Source: Felis catus
Lineage: Eukaryota
Direction: 5' to 3'
Assembly (NCBI RefSeq): GCF_018350175.1
Contig: NC_058369.1
Coordinates: 21,392,001-21,456,000, forward strand
Length of the DNA: 64,000 bases
Under the pieces are notes generated by a model. It was not told the DNA's origin and ran no database searches. It saw nothing but the letters and a program-made list of their open reading frames with translations. Positions 25,801-53,639 of this stretch are shown piece by piece. How positions within the stretch are numbered: the stretch's first letter is position 1; each line of letters begins with the position of its first letter. Position numbers and translations under genes: made by a program.

Positions 25801-28800
25801 GAGGCTGGAGAGGGTCTGAAGGGCTAGAGGCAGGGCAGCCTCTGCCCCCACCCCCCTGGGGTCCCTTCCCACCACCATCTTTGGCTCACTTGATGAGGCC
25901 AGCACTCTCTCCCCTGGCCACGGCCGTGCTGTACTGCTCCTGGGCTGCAGCCTTCTCCTTGATGTTCCCGGGGTAAGTCACACCGTCGATGATCCTGTGG
26001 CAGGAGGGGAAGATTTGTGGAGGGCCTGATAGGGGCAGCCCACTCCAATCCCACCTCCTCCAGGGAGCCTCCCTTGACTTAACAGAGTGACTCCTGTCTC
26101 TGCCTGAGGCCATCCCTGTTTATTATGTACTTACTGTATACAAGTCTGTGCAGGACCCCAGGTGGGGAGGAGAGCTCTGCATGCTATGCCACGCCTCCAT
26201 CTACCCTGAGGCATGCACAGTGTTGGCAAACATGCGTTTACCGAACACACAGGGGAAGGAGGCTGCAGAGGAGGCAGGACTGAGCCTCTCTTCACCCTTG
26301 CAGTCCGGCCCCACATCCCAGCTTTCCCTCTCATCTCACAGCCTGCTCCCAGAAGAACTGGTCAGTCACCAGTGAGCTTTCTGGGGTGCCCCTGTGCCCA
26401 GCCCTGCGTGCACCTGTGCGGGGAAGACTGGGAAGGAGAGAGATGCCAGACTCCCAGGTCAGTGGGAAATGCAGCACTGAAAGCCTCTGGCCCCTCTCCC
26501 TGCCAGCACAGGGCAGGGGGCTCTTCAGGGAGGTTGGCCTCTGGGGAAGCAGGTGTTGGACAACGGGTGGACTGGACTCCCAGGGGTGTGGGTCCCACAA
26601 TCCTATTTTTGGGGACTAGAAAGAGCTACCAGGGCTTCTCCTCTGGAATGAAAATGACTACTCCAGATCCTCCTTGGGAGGCGAGCAGGGATGTGTCAGG
26701 CAAACACAGCCCTGCTCCACCTGGGAGTGGCATGAAAGGGTGTGCAGGGGTCGGCGGGGGTAGCCAGGGCATTAGGACCCAGTGTTCCTCCTCCCCAACT
26801 TCCTGACATTCCTGGTCATAATTTAACCCTGGGCTAGGGATGGGACTGCAGAGTGGGCCGCAGGGCTCCTCCTCCTGGACGCCCAGCCGGGGCACCAAGG
26901 CCAGCAGGCTGCCAGGCTCCGGGCCCATCACATGCGCTGAGAGCCCTGGGCTGGCGCCGCTCCCTGGGCCCAGATTGTGTTGATGCAGGGCATAGGGAAG
27001 CAGGGGGCAGGGTGCCCTGCTCCCCAAGCTGGCTGGGGGCCGCCTGCAGAGCGCACACTGCACACAGTGCTCACACAGCACAGGCCCCCGCTCCAGGTTT
27101 AGGAGAAGCAGTGGCCAAGAAAGAAGAAGGAGCCGAGCACAGGGACCCAGCCCCCACTATAGTTTTTCAGAGGTCTCAGGGTAGTTTGGGGACCCCGGCT
27201 GAGCCCGCTCTCTGTCCCACCCAGCACCCTCCCTGAGTTGCTGGGATCAGCCTCTTTCTGGCCTGCCCTCAATCACTGCCTCTCTGGTGGGGACAAGGAC
27301 AGATAGAGAGGGTTCTCATGTATTGGACAAACATTGCAAAACATTCGGGAAGGGTGAGGAGGACAAGGTGAGGATCAGCACTGAGCCACAGAGTCCACAG
27401 AAATCCCAGGGGTCTCCCAATTCTTGGCCTCTGGCCCAGAGCAGAAACGCCCTCTGCAGTATCCCAGGGGGGAGGGAGGGGACTAGCCTGGCTTGGAACT
27501 TCCTATGACAAAGAGATCCCCCTCCTCAAGGCATTGCTCCATTGTGGGGCAGTCCCAGGGTTGGGAAGTCTTCTGTATTCTGAGCTGGACTCTGCCTTTG
27601 GGTGACTCCCTCCTGCCTGGGCCTGGGCCTCAGGATGCCCCAACTCTGTACTCCTCAGAGGCAAAGAAATCAAGATGCTGTGGTTTTCCACCTGTCAACT
27701 GGGCAGTATTTGGGGATGGTGCACAGAGGGATGGACGGTGGGGTGGATGGAAGGAGGGAGGGGTGGAGGGAGGGAGGGGTGGAGGGCGGAGGCATGGAAC
27801 ACTTCTGAGAATGTACTGAAGTTCGTGGGTCAAGTCCCTGGTTCCCTGTATTGCCTACAGGCCGAGCACACACACCTAAGGCACACCTCACATCAGGAAG
27901 AGAGTCGCTCTTCTTGACTGGGTGCCATCGGGGAAGCTGGTGTCATGGTGTTGGGTTGGGGAGGGAGACGAGGAGGAGGGCAGGAAGGTACCTACATGGA
28001 GAAGTTGGTGATGAAGGCTCTCTTGGGCAGCTCCACCTGGAAGGTGGCCTCCTGTACAACATCGGCCTTGTTGACCACCCTGCTGGTGACGACTGTGTGG
28101 GCAAATCTGGATGAGACCCTGGAGTCCACGGTGAGGCTGTAGATGTCAATGTCATTCTGGACCAATGAAGGAGGAGGAATGGGATTGTCTCAATGCCAGT
28201 CCAGCTCGAGGCAGCACTCTTTAAAAAGAGTCCCAGACCAAGCCCTGGCCCCCATCCCCGACTGAGCCACTGACCAGGCCTCCAGCCAAACCCCATGATA
28301 CATTCCACATGTGAACACCAGTCTCACATAAGAGGCAGCTATGTGCTTCGTTCCCCACCCTTCAGGGCCATGATGGTGGAGCTTGCGGCCCAGTGCGTCT
28401 GGGAAGCAACTCTCACTTACTCCTCAGGCAGGGGGCCCTAGATGGGTCAGGAAGCTTCACATTTGATCTTAGCTCTGCCCACTGAAAGGGTAATGAACAA
28501 GTCCTGTGATTTCTGGTGACCTCAGCCTCGTGGAAACTGGGAAAAACAGCTCTTGCCTGTCTCCCACTAGGTGCTCACAGGAGCTAGGAGAACTTGGAGG
28601 TGATGAGGACCCAGTCTCTAATTGCTGGGAGGCTTCCTCTTTGCCCCCTTGACCCTGCAGCTGTGGACCCTCCTCAGACATATGCTCTCCTCCAGATCTG
28701 TGGTCCCCAGGGAAGGACATGTGCACACCAGCTGCCTGCACACGGTATGTTCCGCTGTGCACGCAGCTTAGCACAGAGACGGGTGACTGGCCCGGCGGCT

Positions 28801-29789
28801 TATGTATACACGGGAGTGTCTGCTGGGTGGCAGGCACTGTACTAAGTTCTTTATAAATGTTACAGGTTTGAATAGCTTTTCTTTTTAGTGTTTTATAGAT
28901 GAGGAAACAGACACAGAGTACATAACTCCTGGGGCACCTGGGTGGCTCAATCGGGTAAGCTTCTGACTCTTGATTTCGGCTCAGGTCATCATCTTGCAGT
29001 TTGTGAGTTCGAGCCCCGCATTGGGCTCTCTGCTGTTGGCGTAGAGCCTGCTTCGGATCCTCTGTCCCTCTCTCTCTCTGCCCCTATCCTGCTTGCATGC
29101 CTCTCTCTCTCTTTCAAAATAAATAAACAAACTTTAAATAAATAACTCCTTCATGGCCACTCAGCCAGGGAGAGGTAGACTTGGGCTCACGAAACCCATT
29201 TTTTAAAAAGTTTATTTACTTATTTTGAGAGAGAGAAAAAGTGCAAGTGGGGGAGGGTCAGAGAGAGGAGAGAGAGCAAGAATCCCAAGCAAGCTCCACA
29301 CCAAAAGCGCAGAGCCCGATGCGGGGGTCAAACCCATGAACTGTGAGATCGTGACCTAAGCCGAAGCTGGATATTCAACTGCCCAACCAACTGAGCCACC
29401 CAGGTGCCCCTCGTGGAGCCCGTTCCTACCCCTTTCCCCACGCCCCCCACTGCCAGCCTCTAGCAGCAACTTATTGGGCTGCACTTTCTCCCCGTAAAAT
29501 GGGACTAGATCTCCCTACTGTTAAGTAAGAGAGGAACCATACAGCCCGGGCTAGTGCCTGGTGGATGGTCAGCACCAACTCTTTGCACACACACTGATCC
29601 ACGCTCCCTTGTCCACATAATGCTTGCACGTGCAGAGGCTCTCACCATTGCTAATCAGCTCACACCATTCACACTCAGGCCCCCACGGACACCCACTACC
29701 TTTTGGGGGGTGGAGGTGTGAAGGACAGCCAGCAGAGAGAGCAGGACCGTCGCGATGCCACAGGCGCGGCCAGGGGCTGAAGTCTTCAT
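13833..29789 (-). CDS. ITIH4: Inter-alpha-trypsin inhibitor heavy chain H4; complete, ~905-912 aa without the doubtful exon at ~17.9 kb
   Basis: Exons 5'->3': 29789-29700 (signal peptide [30 protein letters not shown]), 28156-27996, 25994-25890, 25743-25581, 25442-25332, 24838-24713, 23821-23705 ([13 protein letters not shown]), 23442-23274, 23172-23047, 22864-22683, 22588-22403, 20301-20162, 19896-19742, 19442-19416, 19137-19084, 18913-18875, 18617-18492, 17666-17640, 17572(or 17551)-17435, 16347-16173, 14739-14585, 14457-14361, 13902-13833 (ISCWSVEL*). All are GT-AG with continuous frame. No DPHFII motif, as expected for H4. The small exons at 17.6-19.4 kb are less certain. Confidence 0.95.
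18310..18402 (+). mobile_element. 3'-truncated CAN-SINE head
   Basis: gggcacctgggtggctcagtcagttaagcgtctgact..., with no CT tract or A tail. Confidence 0.8.
21401..21595 (-). mobile_element. MIR
   Basis: gaggaaactgaggcacagtgaggttaagtgatttgtccca...ctgaacccaggcag core. Confidence 0.7.
24152..24359 (+). mobile_element. CAN-SINE with 15-bp TSD
   Basis: Full head, CT tract and A tail; TSD aaaaacaaggtccat at 24134-24148 and 24360-24374. Confidence 0.9.
28931..29141 (+). mobile_element. CAN-SINE with 9-bp TSD, inserted in a MIR relic
   Basis: ggggcacctgggtggctc head, CT tract, aataa tail; TSD ataactcct at 28922-28930 and 29142-29150. Confidence 0.9.
29199..29410 (-). mobile_element. CAN-SINE
   Basis: T-rich tail, GA tract, ends gagccacccaggtgcccc. 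Confidence 0.88.
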
Positions 29790-29840
29790 TTTGGCTCCCG
29801 TGCCTGGCAGGTTGCTTCTGAACTCGAGAGGAAGTGGGGA

Positions 29841-29963
29841 ATGAATTAATAACATGCTTGCTGTCCCGCCCCTGTGGGGGCAGGTTCTGGGAAATTGGGA
29901 TCTACAAGCCAAAAACTGCAGTTGCCTCAGATAAGTAAACTGTGAATATCCTGTGGACCTTGG
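29841..29963 (-). promoter_or_regulatory. ITIH4 proximal promoter: HNF1-like, STAT3/IL-6 element, GATA/FOXA-like and HNF4-like motifs
   Basis: ATGAATTAATAAC 29841-29853 (HNF1-like), TTCTGGGAA 29885-29893 (STAT GAS/APRE), AGATAAGTAAAC 29929-29940, TGGACCTTGG 29954-29963. All lie within 175 bp upstream of the ATG. Confidence 0.6.
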
Positions 29964-32168
29964 CTGGGGACAGGAACATGTACCGAGGAAGAGCAAGCTC
30001 AGGTGGGAGTTGGGTACGGCACCCCTTCTGAAAGGTCCACGGTCACCCCAGGCCACTACCACCCCCCATACCAGCCATTGCACCAGCCAGCTCCCTAGGT
30101 CTGGGAGATACACCAGTGAACCAGCCTGCTCTCCAGAAGCCCAGTCTGGGGGAAATAGGGAGGCCCAGAACAGGAGGGCTAGGGGGTGGCTTCCAGGAGG
30201 CAGGGGGACCGGAGGCCAGCTTGATGTCACGGGGCAGTGAGGGCCCTAATGGCTCTGAGGAGCCACTGGAGTGTCTGAGTGGGGCAAGATATGCTGGGGC
30301 CAAGGCAGGATGGAGACACTTCATTTCTGGGGTGAGAGGGGCTGGGTCCAGGGGTCCCCTTCTCTCTCCTTGGGTCCCCGGCTGCTGTCAGCCCCCATTA
30401 ACCTAGCTAGGGCTCTTGGCTCAACTCCAGCAAGGCCGCCAGAACAAGACCCGCACTTTGGCAATACAAACTGAGAACCATAAAGATGCCTGCACCTTGT
30501 GGCCCGGAAGTCTCCTTCCGGGTAATTTATTGATAGGAAATCGTGCAACACAAGTCCTGAAGGGGGTGATTCATTGTGGCGGTGTATGCACTCAGATAGC
30601 CTGTGGAGGTCGGTCGTGCCAAGGGAGCCCATGATTCACGGCTTGCGTGAGAAAGCGCAGGACACCCAGCCATCAGCACACCAAGGCAGTGCCACTGTCC
30701 TGAGCCCAGACCCGTAGGAATGCACCCGAGGGCCTGGGGTAGGATTACCAGTAGCTTTTTTCAATTTTTCTTTAATAAACTTGAAATGCTGCTTTTATAA
30801 CAAATAGCAATAAAATGAATAAATATTAAGGGATCCGGATGCAGCTGGTGCTTGCGTCCCTGGCGGCTCTGGGACAGCCCAGCTCCCGAGTCTGGCCATA
30901 GATAAGGTAAAGTTGCTTCAGGAAAAGTGGTGGCCAGGTGCCAAGCCCTGGGTTGAGGAAGGAGGGTGACTTGGTGGCACTTGTCAGTGGGGGTGGGGAG
31001 GGAGGGGAGTAGCCATTTCGGGGGCCCACACAAGGTTCTGAGGCAGTGACCGGCCCCCAAGTTCCCCTCCATCAGTGGCAGGAGCATGTGTCTTTGGCTG
31101 CAAGTCAATGTTCCCCTCCAGAAAGCATCTCTGTGCGCATCTATACTGCTTGCCCTTTGGCTCTGAATATGGTTGGGATCATCCAGGGCTTCACACCCGG
31201 TCAGCAATCTGAGCAAAGAGCCGCGCCCCCCCCCTCCCCCCCGCGCCGAGGAGCACGGTGAGCAGGCCCAGGCCCTGCCCCACAGAAGGGCCACTCGGGG
31301 CACAGAGCACGGGCCCAGCCTGAAGACAGCTATATAAGGACGCCATGCTGGCTGAGAACGTGGGGAAGGCTCCAAGCAGCCACCCCCACATGCCCAGGGG
31401 ACAGGTGGACTTCCGTGCAGGCAGCAGGCAGGACTGCCTATGGCTTTGCCGTCACAGGGGGACAGACTTCTGCAGTCCCCTGGGTCTGACAGTTCCACGC
31501 ACACAGGGGACACTGAAGCCTGAGGACGGAAGAACCGCTCATGAGCCAAGGACCTGGAGTTCTCACAATGCAGGCGGACCGGTGGGAGTGGCGAGGGGGA
31601 GGCTCACCCTGAGTCTGAGAAAGGAGCAGCTCAGTAAGCAGACTACCACTGGCCAGAAAGGGGCCTCGACCTGGTTTTGTCTTTAAGGGGTGTGAGCTGG
31701 CAAGGAGGTGGTACAACTAAGGGCCCCAGAGGAAAGGGGTTTTGAGGTGACCTGGTCCTGCAGAGCCTTGGGGTCTTTGGAAGCATCTCAACATCTTCTG
31801 TGGAAGGCAGGGGGAGGGGTGAGCCTCGGGCCCCCACCTGCTTCACTCTGAGCAGTGTTACTGTGGCCTGTTTTATGCAACAGGCTCCAGCTCTCGTCCC
31901 TTTTCAGATGGGAGGAAAAACTGAGACTCAGAAAGGCAGAGACTGGTCTGAAGCCACAGCTCAGCGCCAGTTCACCACGTCCAAGACTTTCTGGCATGTG
32001 GCAGTGGCTGTAATGGCACCTGCCTTATCCTCTGGGACCTCCCAAAAGCCCACAAAGGGTACAGAACATGCCCCACCCCCTACCCCACCTGCCCCTCCGC
32101 TACACTGAGCGGCTATGGCTGGTGACCAACTAACACCCTCCAAATGCCGGAGTCACTTGGGCATCCTC

Positions 32169-32174
32169 TTTATT
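32169..32174 (-). terminator. MUSTN1: MUSTN1 polyadenylation signal AATAAA
   Basis: TTTATT on + strand, ~170 nt past the stop codon. Confidence 0.8.
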
Positions 32175-32345
32175 GTTCCCTAGGTGCCGGTGCAGACTCC
32201 CTGGGCTGAGGGACCAGGGCTCTGAGGGACAGGCGGCAGTCCCAGAGGCAGCAGGTGAGAAGGTGCATTCTGGCATAAAAAAAGTTTTTGGGAAAGGCTC
32301 CTGCATCTAGGAGTTGGCAGTGGCGAGAGGAATGGTGTGCACTTC

Positions 32346-33868
<1,523 letters not shown>

Positions 33869-33959
33869 GGTGGGCGTTGTGCGAGAGCTGCTGCAAAGGC
33901 TCCCCTCTGGCAGGCAGAAGCCGGTGGAAGAGATCGGGGCAGCGCCAGCCCTCTGGGGC

Positions 33960-33966
33960 TTATATA
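33960..33966 (-). promoter_or_regulatory. MUSTN1 TATA box (TATATAA)
   Basis: CTATATAAG on the minus strand, ~92 nt upstream of the MUSTN1 ATG in a GC-rich context. Confidence 0.75.
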
Positions 33967-35555
33967 GTCCACTTGCCTGTCCCGGAAAGCCACTCCCCTC
34001 CTCGATGGGCTTCCCGATGATTCAGGTCCGCACAGCCTGCAGCTTCAGAGTTTATTCTTAGAGATGATAGGGGCTCGCTGAGCACTGCTGCCTGGGGGCC
34101 ACAGCCCCGGTGGAAAAGGACAGCTGGGGAGACCCGGGGCCCTCGAGAACAAGTGCTCTTACGCAGGCGGGAGGTGCCAGGCCTGGCAGTGCGCAATGAG
34201 GATTTATGAGCGTGGGTCCTGGAATGTGTGTGGCAGCCTGAGCTGTCCACCTGGGAGAGTCCATCCCAATGGGGTGGGTGTCCCTGAGGGAAGGGAGGGC
34301 CCTGGGCTAGGCTGGACCGCTCTGAGCTTATTTTTCCCTCTCTTTTACCCTTCTATGGATTCCAGAGGAAAGAGACTTTCCATCCTGCATGGCAGCAGAG
34401 CAGAAGCTTCCTGTGTGTGACACTTGGAAGCACTTGCTCACAGTGAGCACAGCCCCCCATGGTTCACAGGTGAGCAGCTGAGGCTGTGAGAAGCTCGGGG
34501 AGCTGCTTCATCTGTGTTTTTGCCCTCTGCCTGGCTCCTAGTGCAAGGGTAGCCAAGGGACAAAAGGCGGGAGGTAAAGTGCCCAGAAAGGACCAGAAGA
34601 AAACCTGCTTTGTGGTAAGGGCACTGGTGAGTGTAGGCAGGGAAGGGCACAGAGCCTCTGACTGGGTGAGGTCACCCAAAGGTGCCTGGCCTGACATTCA
34701 GGTTGCTGAAAGCAGGTGGGCGAGATCCAAGCCCATTCCAGGCACTGAGCTGTGGAGAGAGGGACAGGCCCAAGGTCTCTCCTGAAGGCCATTTAGCTCT
34801 CTGCTAGCTCCTAATAGCCCATCCCTGAAGGGGAGACCCTCGGGGCGCAAGGCAGAACTCTCCACCTGAGATGGGTGTGGGGAGGGGATGTGGGTGGGAG
34901 GTCGGCCACATCCCAGCTCCTGGTCAGTGTGTGGTGGGGATTATTTTTATCCTTGGAGGCTCCAGGCAGACAGAACCCCACCAGGCACTGACACTTGGTT
35001 ATCCCGAATACCACTCCACTGCTGTCACGCCTCCAGTCTCCCCCTCCAAGTCCCAGGAGGCCAATGAGAGGACTGCCAGGCTCCATCTGAGACCAGCGCT
35101 CAGGGGCACGGACCCAGGACTGCAAACGGGGCCGAAAGGCACCGAGGGTGGGCCCAGCCTGGGAAGGGTGCTTTGGCATTGCCCCCAATCCCGCCACCCC
35201 AGCTGGCTCTGCCCAGGGAGGCACCTGCCTGCCAGCCCCGTGGCCTTGCTCCTCACCCCTCAACCTCCCAGTACTGCTTGCTCCTCAGGGGGAGGTAAAG
35301 CAGCTTTTACTCGCCTTAACAGGTAAGTGGAAAAGGCAAGAGTACTTTTAGCTTGTTCCCTTGGCAGATTCTGGCTCCGGTGTGTGTCACGAGGTGATGT
35401 AGGTTCATTCACACTTGGCTTCCTGGGGGAGAATCTTCTAACTCACTGGGGAAATCTTCTTGACCCCATTAAGCTGTTTCAACTCCAAAGAACACACAAC
35501 CAAAAGCCACAAGTGATGGGTTTTTTTTTTTTAAAAATGTATTAAGATGTGAAAC

Positions 35556-35561
35556 TTTATT
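35556..35561 (-). terminator. STIMATE: Probable distal STIMATE polyadenylation signal (3' UTR ~3.6 kb)
   Basis: AATAAA on the minus strand, with TGTA elements just upstream in an AT-rich block. Confidence 0.6.
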
Positions 35562-36709
35562 GTAAACCATTGTACAATGTTAAGTACATCATCTTCCCTT
35601 TCATTTCAAAAATGGGTTTCTGTGAGTCATCACTGATTAAACACCCCCACCAGAAGGGCAGTGGAAATAGGCCATGGTTTGCTCACATTGGTCTGAGTTC
35701 TAAGAAACATCATGAAAAGAGAAATCAAATGAAACCAACCCACCCACCCAGCCAGGAGCTCAAGGAGCTGACAGCCATTGGACCAGAAGTCCCTCACCAA
35801 GAGCAAAGCCCTTCAGAGCTGCCAGTGCCGCACAGGGCAAAGCAGAGAGCTCTCCACTCCTGGCTGGAAGTGTGTGCAACATCTCAACGCCAACCCTACA
35901 CCCTACAAGGTGGCTGCTTTGGCCAATGAGAAGTTCCTAGAGCCGTCTATGTTGGCCTGGCTGTGAAAAGGCCAGTGAGTTGTTGTCTGGAGGCCAGAGT
36001 GGGCTCCTGGGCAGCTGACAGATGGGGCCTCTGTGCTGCAGGCCACAGGACTACACTGCCTAGGATCTGAGCCTTATCTTTTCCCTTTAAAGGCATGATA
36101 GGACAATATTCGCCTAGGACTCCCTGTTGCCAGGAAGGGGCATGAGTTAAAGCTTGAGGCAGGAGGCCACCAGCATGCCTGTGGGTTAACTAATGGGCCA
36201 CGGGCCCTTATCTCGAAGGTCTTCTGAGCAGACCAAGAAGCCACTGCCGCCCAGGATCTCACCAACATCCCCCTTTGCCACTGTCCACATGCCACTGACA
36301 ACAAAAGGAAATAAGGCCAACAATGATTCCTTCCATTGAGATGTGACAGTTTTACCTCATCAGGTTATTTCCATCAGTTACAAGAAACTTGTTCATGACC
36401 TTGACTTATAAGCTTTCATCATGCATGGCTTGGCCAAGGTCCACGCTTGGACAGATCAGATGGACAGCACACAATGTCCAGTTGGTGTCTCATGGTTTCT
36501 CAAGCACAGTGACACTTGCCATGTGGCTGGGTAAAGAGCTGTACCTCGTAAGGCACCTTGGGGCAGGTGGAGAGGAGACTCATCCCAGGGAGGGAGGGAG
36601 GACAGCTCAGGGGAAGTTCTGACCATGGCCCTCTGCATCTGGTCTCTCCTGGGACAGTGTACCACAGAAAAACCCCCAGTGACTGCAGGAAACACTCCAG
36701 GGAATACAA

Positions 36710-36713
<4 letters not shown>

Positions 36714-36755
<42 letters not shown>
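36714..36755. repeat. (TG)21 microsatellite in the STIMATE 3' UTR region
   Basis: Direct reading. Confidence 0.95.
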
Positions 36756-36759
<4 letters not shown>

Positions 36760-39167
36760 ACACCCATGCACACACACACACAGGAAGATAAGGCCAAACA
36801 GGCAAGGCCACACTGTCCAGTCCCACACACCACAAGGCCCTCTATGATTAGACACTCATCCCCTAGTCAGCCAGCTCTATGACTGTGGCTCAGAGACTAA
36901 AGCCCTTATTGAAAACCAGGATACAGGGAAAAACCACCACTCACTCTCCACCACTTTGTCCCCCAAACCCACTGCCCAGCAGGCACTGGGAAGGGCCTTC
37001 GGAAGAGCAGATTGTCGAGGCTTACATAACCCCTACTTTCCATCTTTCATGGACTGTGTCTCTCCCACTCGCTGTGCCTGGAGCTCAAGGCTGAAAGCAC
37101 ATCTCTGATTCTGAGCTCAGTAAGGTACAGGAAACAGCGATGGGCACAGGTTGTTCAGACAAAATGAAACAGGAGGGAAAAGTACAGGGAGCCAGCAATG
37201 CCATGAGGGGCTGATGTGCAGCAGGCACAACGTTAGTTCTGGTCTTCCCCAGCACCGATTCTCCAGGGCAGACACCTCACCGTGGCCAGGGACGGGAGGG
37301 GGTTAACAGCCTAAATGAGGGCAGAAGCGGACACAGCCTCTAGTCTTGCACGCAATCTTGCCTCCTGCGGCAGATGCCCACTTTTGCACAGTCGCTGCTC
37401 ACGGCAGTGACAGGTCCCAGTTCCTCTCAGCCCTCTGGGTCCAGACTCCCATGGGAAGAAAGGCTGAGAAGCCCACTCCCCCTGCCCTGCCCCTGGGTGG
37501 GATGTGAAAGGTGAGGCAGGCCCAGGGCTTAACAGTTTGGCTCCCACGCTACAATTCAGACCCAATCCACGTAAGGACAGCACTTTTGTATGTAGGTCTA
37601 AAAGGAAGGTTCTGGACCACGTGGCCTCTCTGCACCTGTCTCACTTCCAGCTCCCACCTTAGTGGTGTAGTTATCTATTCCTTAACTTCTGTGGCTGCCT
37701 CTGGGCTGACAAAACCCTGGCTGCTCCACCGTGCTGCTTCCACAGCAGGGCAAATGCCCAGGCCAACCCATTCCACTGTGGTCAGCAGACTCCTAAAGCT
37801 ACGGGGGCCTGTGGCCATGCTGAGGAGTGGGGCCGCTCCCCAGGGAGGGCACATGGGCTTAGAAGCACCTCGCCTACCTGTGGAGGCAGATGGTAAGCTC
37901 TTGCACCTCAAGCTGCCCCGTCCCCAGCTGCCCTGTATCTTTGAAGGACGTGAGAAACAGGATCACTGGGCAGGCAGGGGCTCCTCAGACTATTGTGCAA
38001 AACAAGGGGATGCAGTAAGACAACAGGCAGAGGGCAGCCTGAGAGGAAGTTCCTGGGGCTGGTCCAGCAGCTGGTTCTGAAGGCTGCACCAGCGGGAGGC
38101 AAGGAGGCCCAGACTGAATTTTAAACTACAGATTTGGAGGCTCTGAAGAGAGACAGGGAACACACAGGGCTGGCCTCCTCGAGGTCTCAGTTTCTCTGGA
38201 CACAGACCTCTTAGGCTCTTTTCTTGGTCACATTTAACTAAAACCTCTACCTGCCAGCAGAAAAACCAAGCCACTGGACAGAGCACTTCCTGTCCCACAC
38301 GCACCGGGGCCCTAGATCGACCTTCAGACCAGCTGCCTCCCAGTCAGGCCTGCCCCACACAGACTCACTGGGTTTGTTCCTTTCAGATAAGGCTTCATCT
38401 CCCTTCCTGCTGAGACCATTTACCTCATCTTATCGCAGATTGCCTACAAATATTCCAAATTAACAAAACTCTTGACTTTTTCTTCCCACCAGTTCACATC
38501 TCATGGAAGGCAAACAAACCCATTTCTTTGGGGATTAAAAAGAGTTTTTTAAATACAATAGTATGAAAATATAACTTAAAAATATAAAAGTCAACAGCGT
38601 ACGGAAGACTTAAAAAATCTATGTTTTGCCCATTAGTCCCATAGGAAATAAACACATACTCAAAAAACATTAACACTGTGACAGCTCATAAAACCGGCTT
38701 TAGAAATCAGTAGTTACAAAGCCATTTCGAGTAAGAAAGCATTGCGGTTCCAACTTGGTCAATGAGTGACTTTTGGCCCCAAACGTGTTATGTGTCCACA
38801 CGCCCAGAGCCTTGCGGAAAGGTTCTGCCCACAGCCCGTGTGTGTGCGTGTTTCCCTCCTCGATGCCACCCAGCCAGACACAGGACGGGGCTTCTGGGTC
38901 CCTCACAACACCGTCTGGGACAACGACAGACAGACAAAACGCCTCGCTTGCATATTTGGTCAGTGTTTGTAGTGCAACTGAGTGGGAGCCTCCGGCTGCC
39001 GCAAACCCCTCGGCGCCGGCCCGTCCTCCCTCTGTCGAGTCACAGTAGTCTGGGAGCGGGCGGAGACGGCAAGAGGGGCGGAGGTAGAAGAGGAAGGGCA
39101 GGGAGGAGGGAAGGAAGGACCCGGCAGCCGGCTGGGCCCCCAAACCTGACCCCAGCGCAGGAGTGTG

Positions 39168-53288
<14,121 letters not shown>

Positions 53289-53639
53289 CTGGAAGAAAAC
53301 ACACACCATTCAGCGGCTTTCCACAGTGACAACGAAGCAAAATGCATTCAACGAGTGGGGTTATCAGTACACTCGGGGTTGACACTACTAAGTTAAGGTG
53401 CTTGCTCTTTTAACATGTGCCAATGCACAATAAGCTGTGAAGGTCACAGAGGCCCCAGGCCCTGCACTGGCTGCTGACCAGTACAGACTCTTCAGAACTG
53501 GACACTTATGAAGAAAGACTCCTCCCAATGTGTGGGAAACTGTGTTTTCTTCTCTTTTGTGATGAGGTTCTCTCAGGGCCTGGAAACCACAAAGTGGAAT
53601 GCAGCTACCTCCAACTTCGGAATTTGCTCTACATGATGA

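Noticed and set aside
30761..31549. 262-aa - strand ORF between MUSTN1 and ITIH4
   Set aside because: Non-ATG start, low-complexity GC-driven composition, no recognisable domain.
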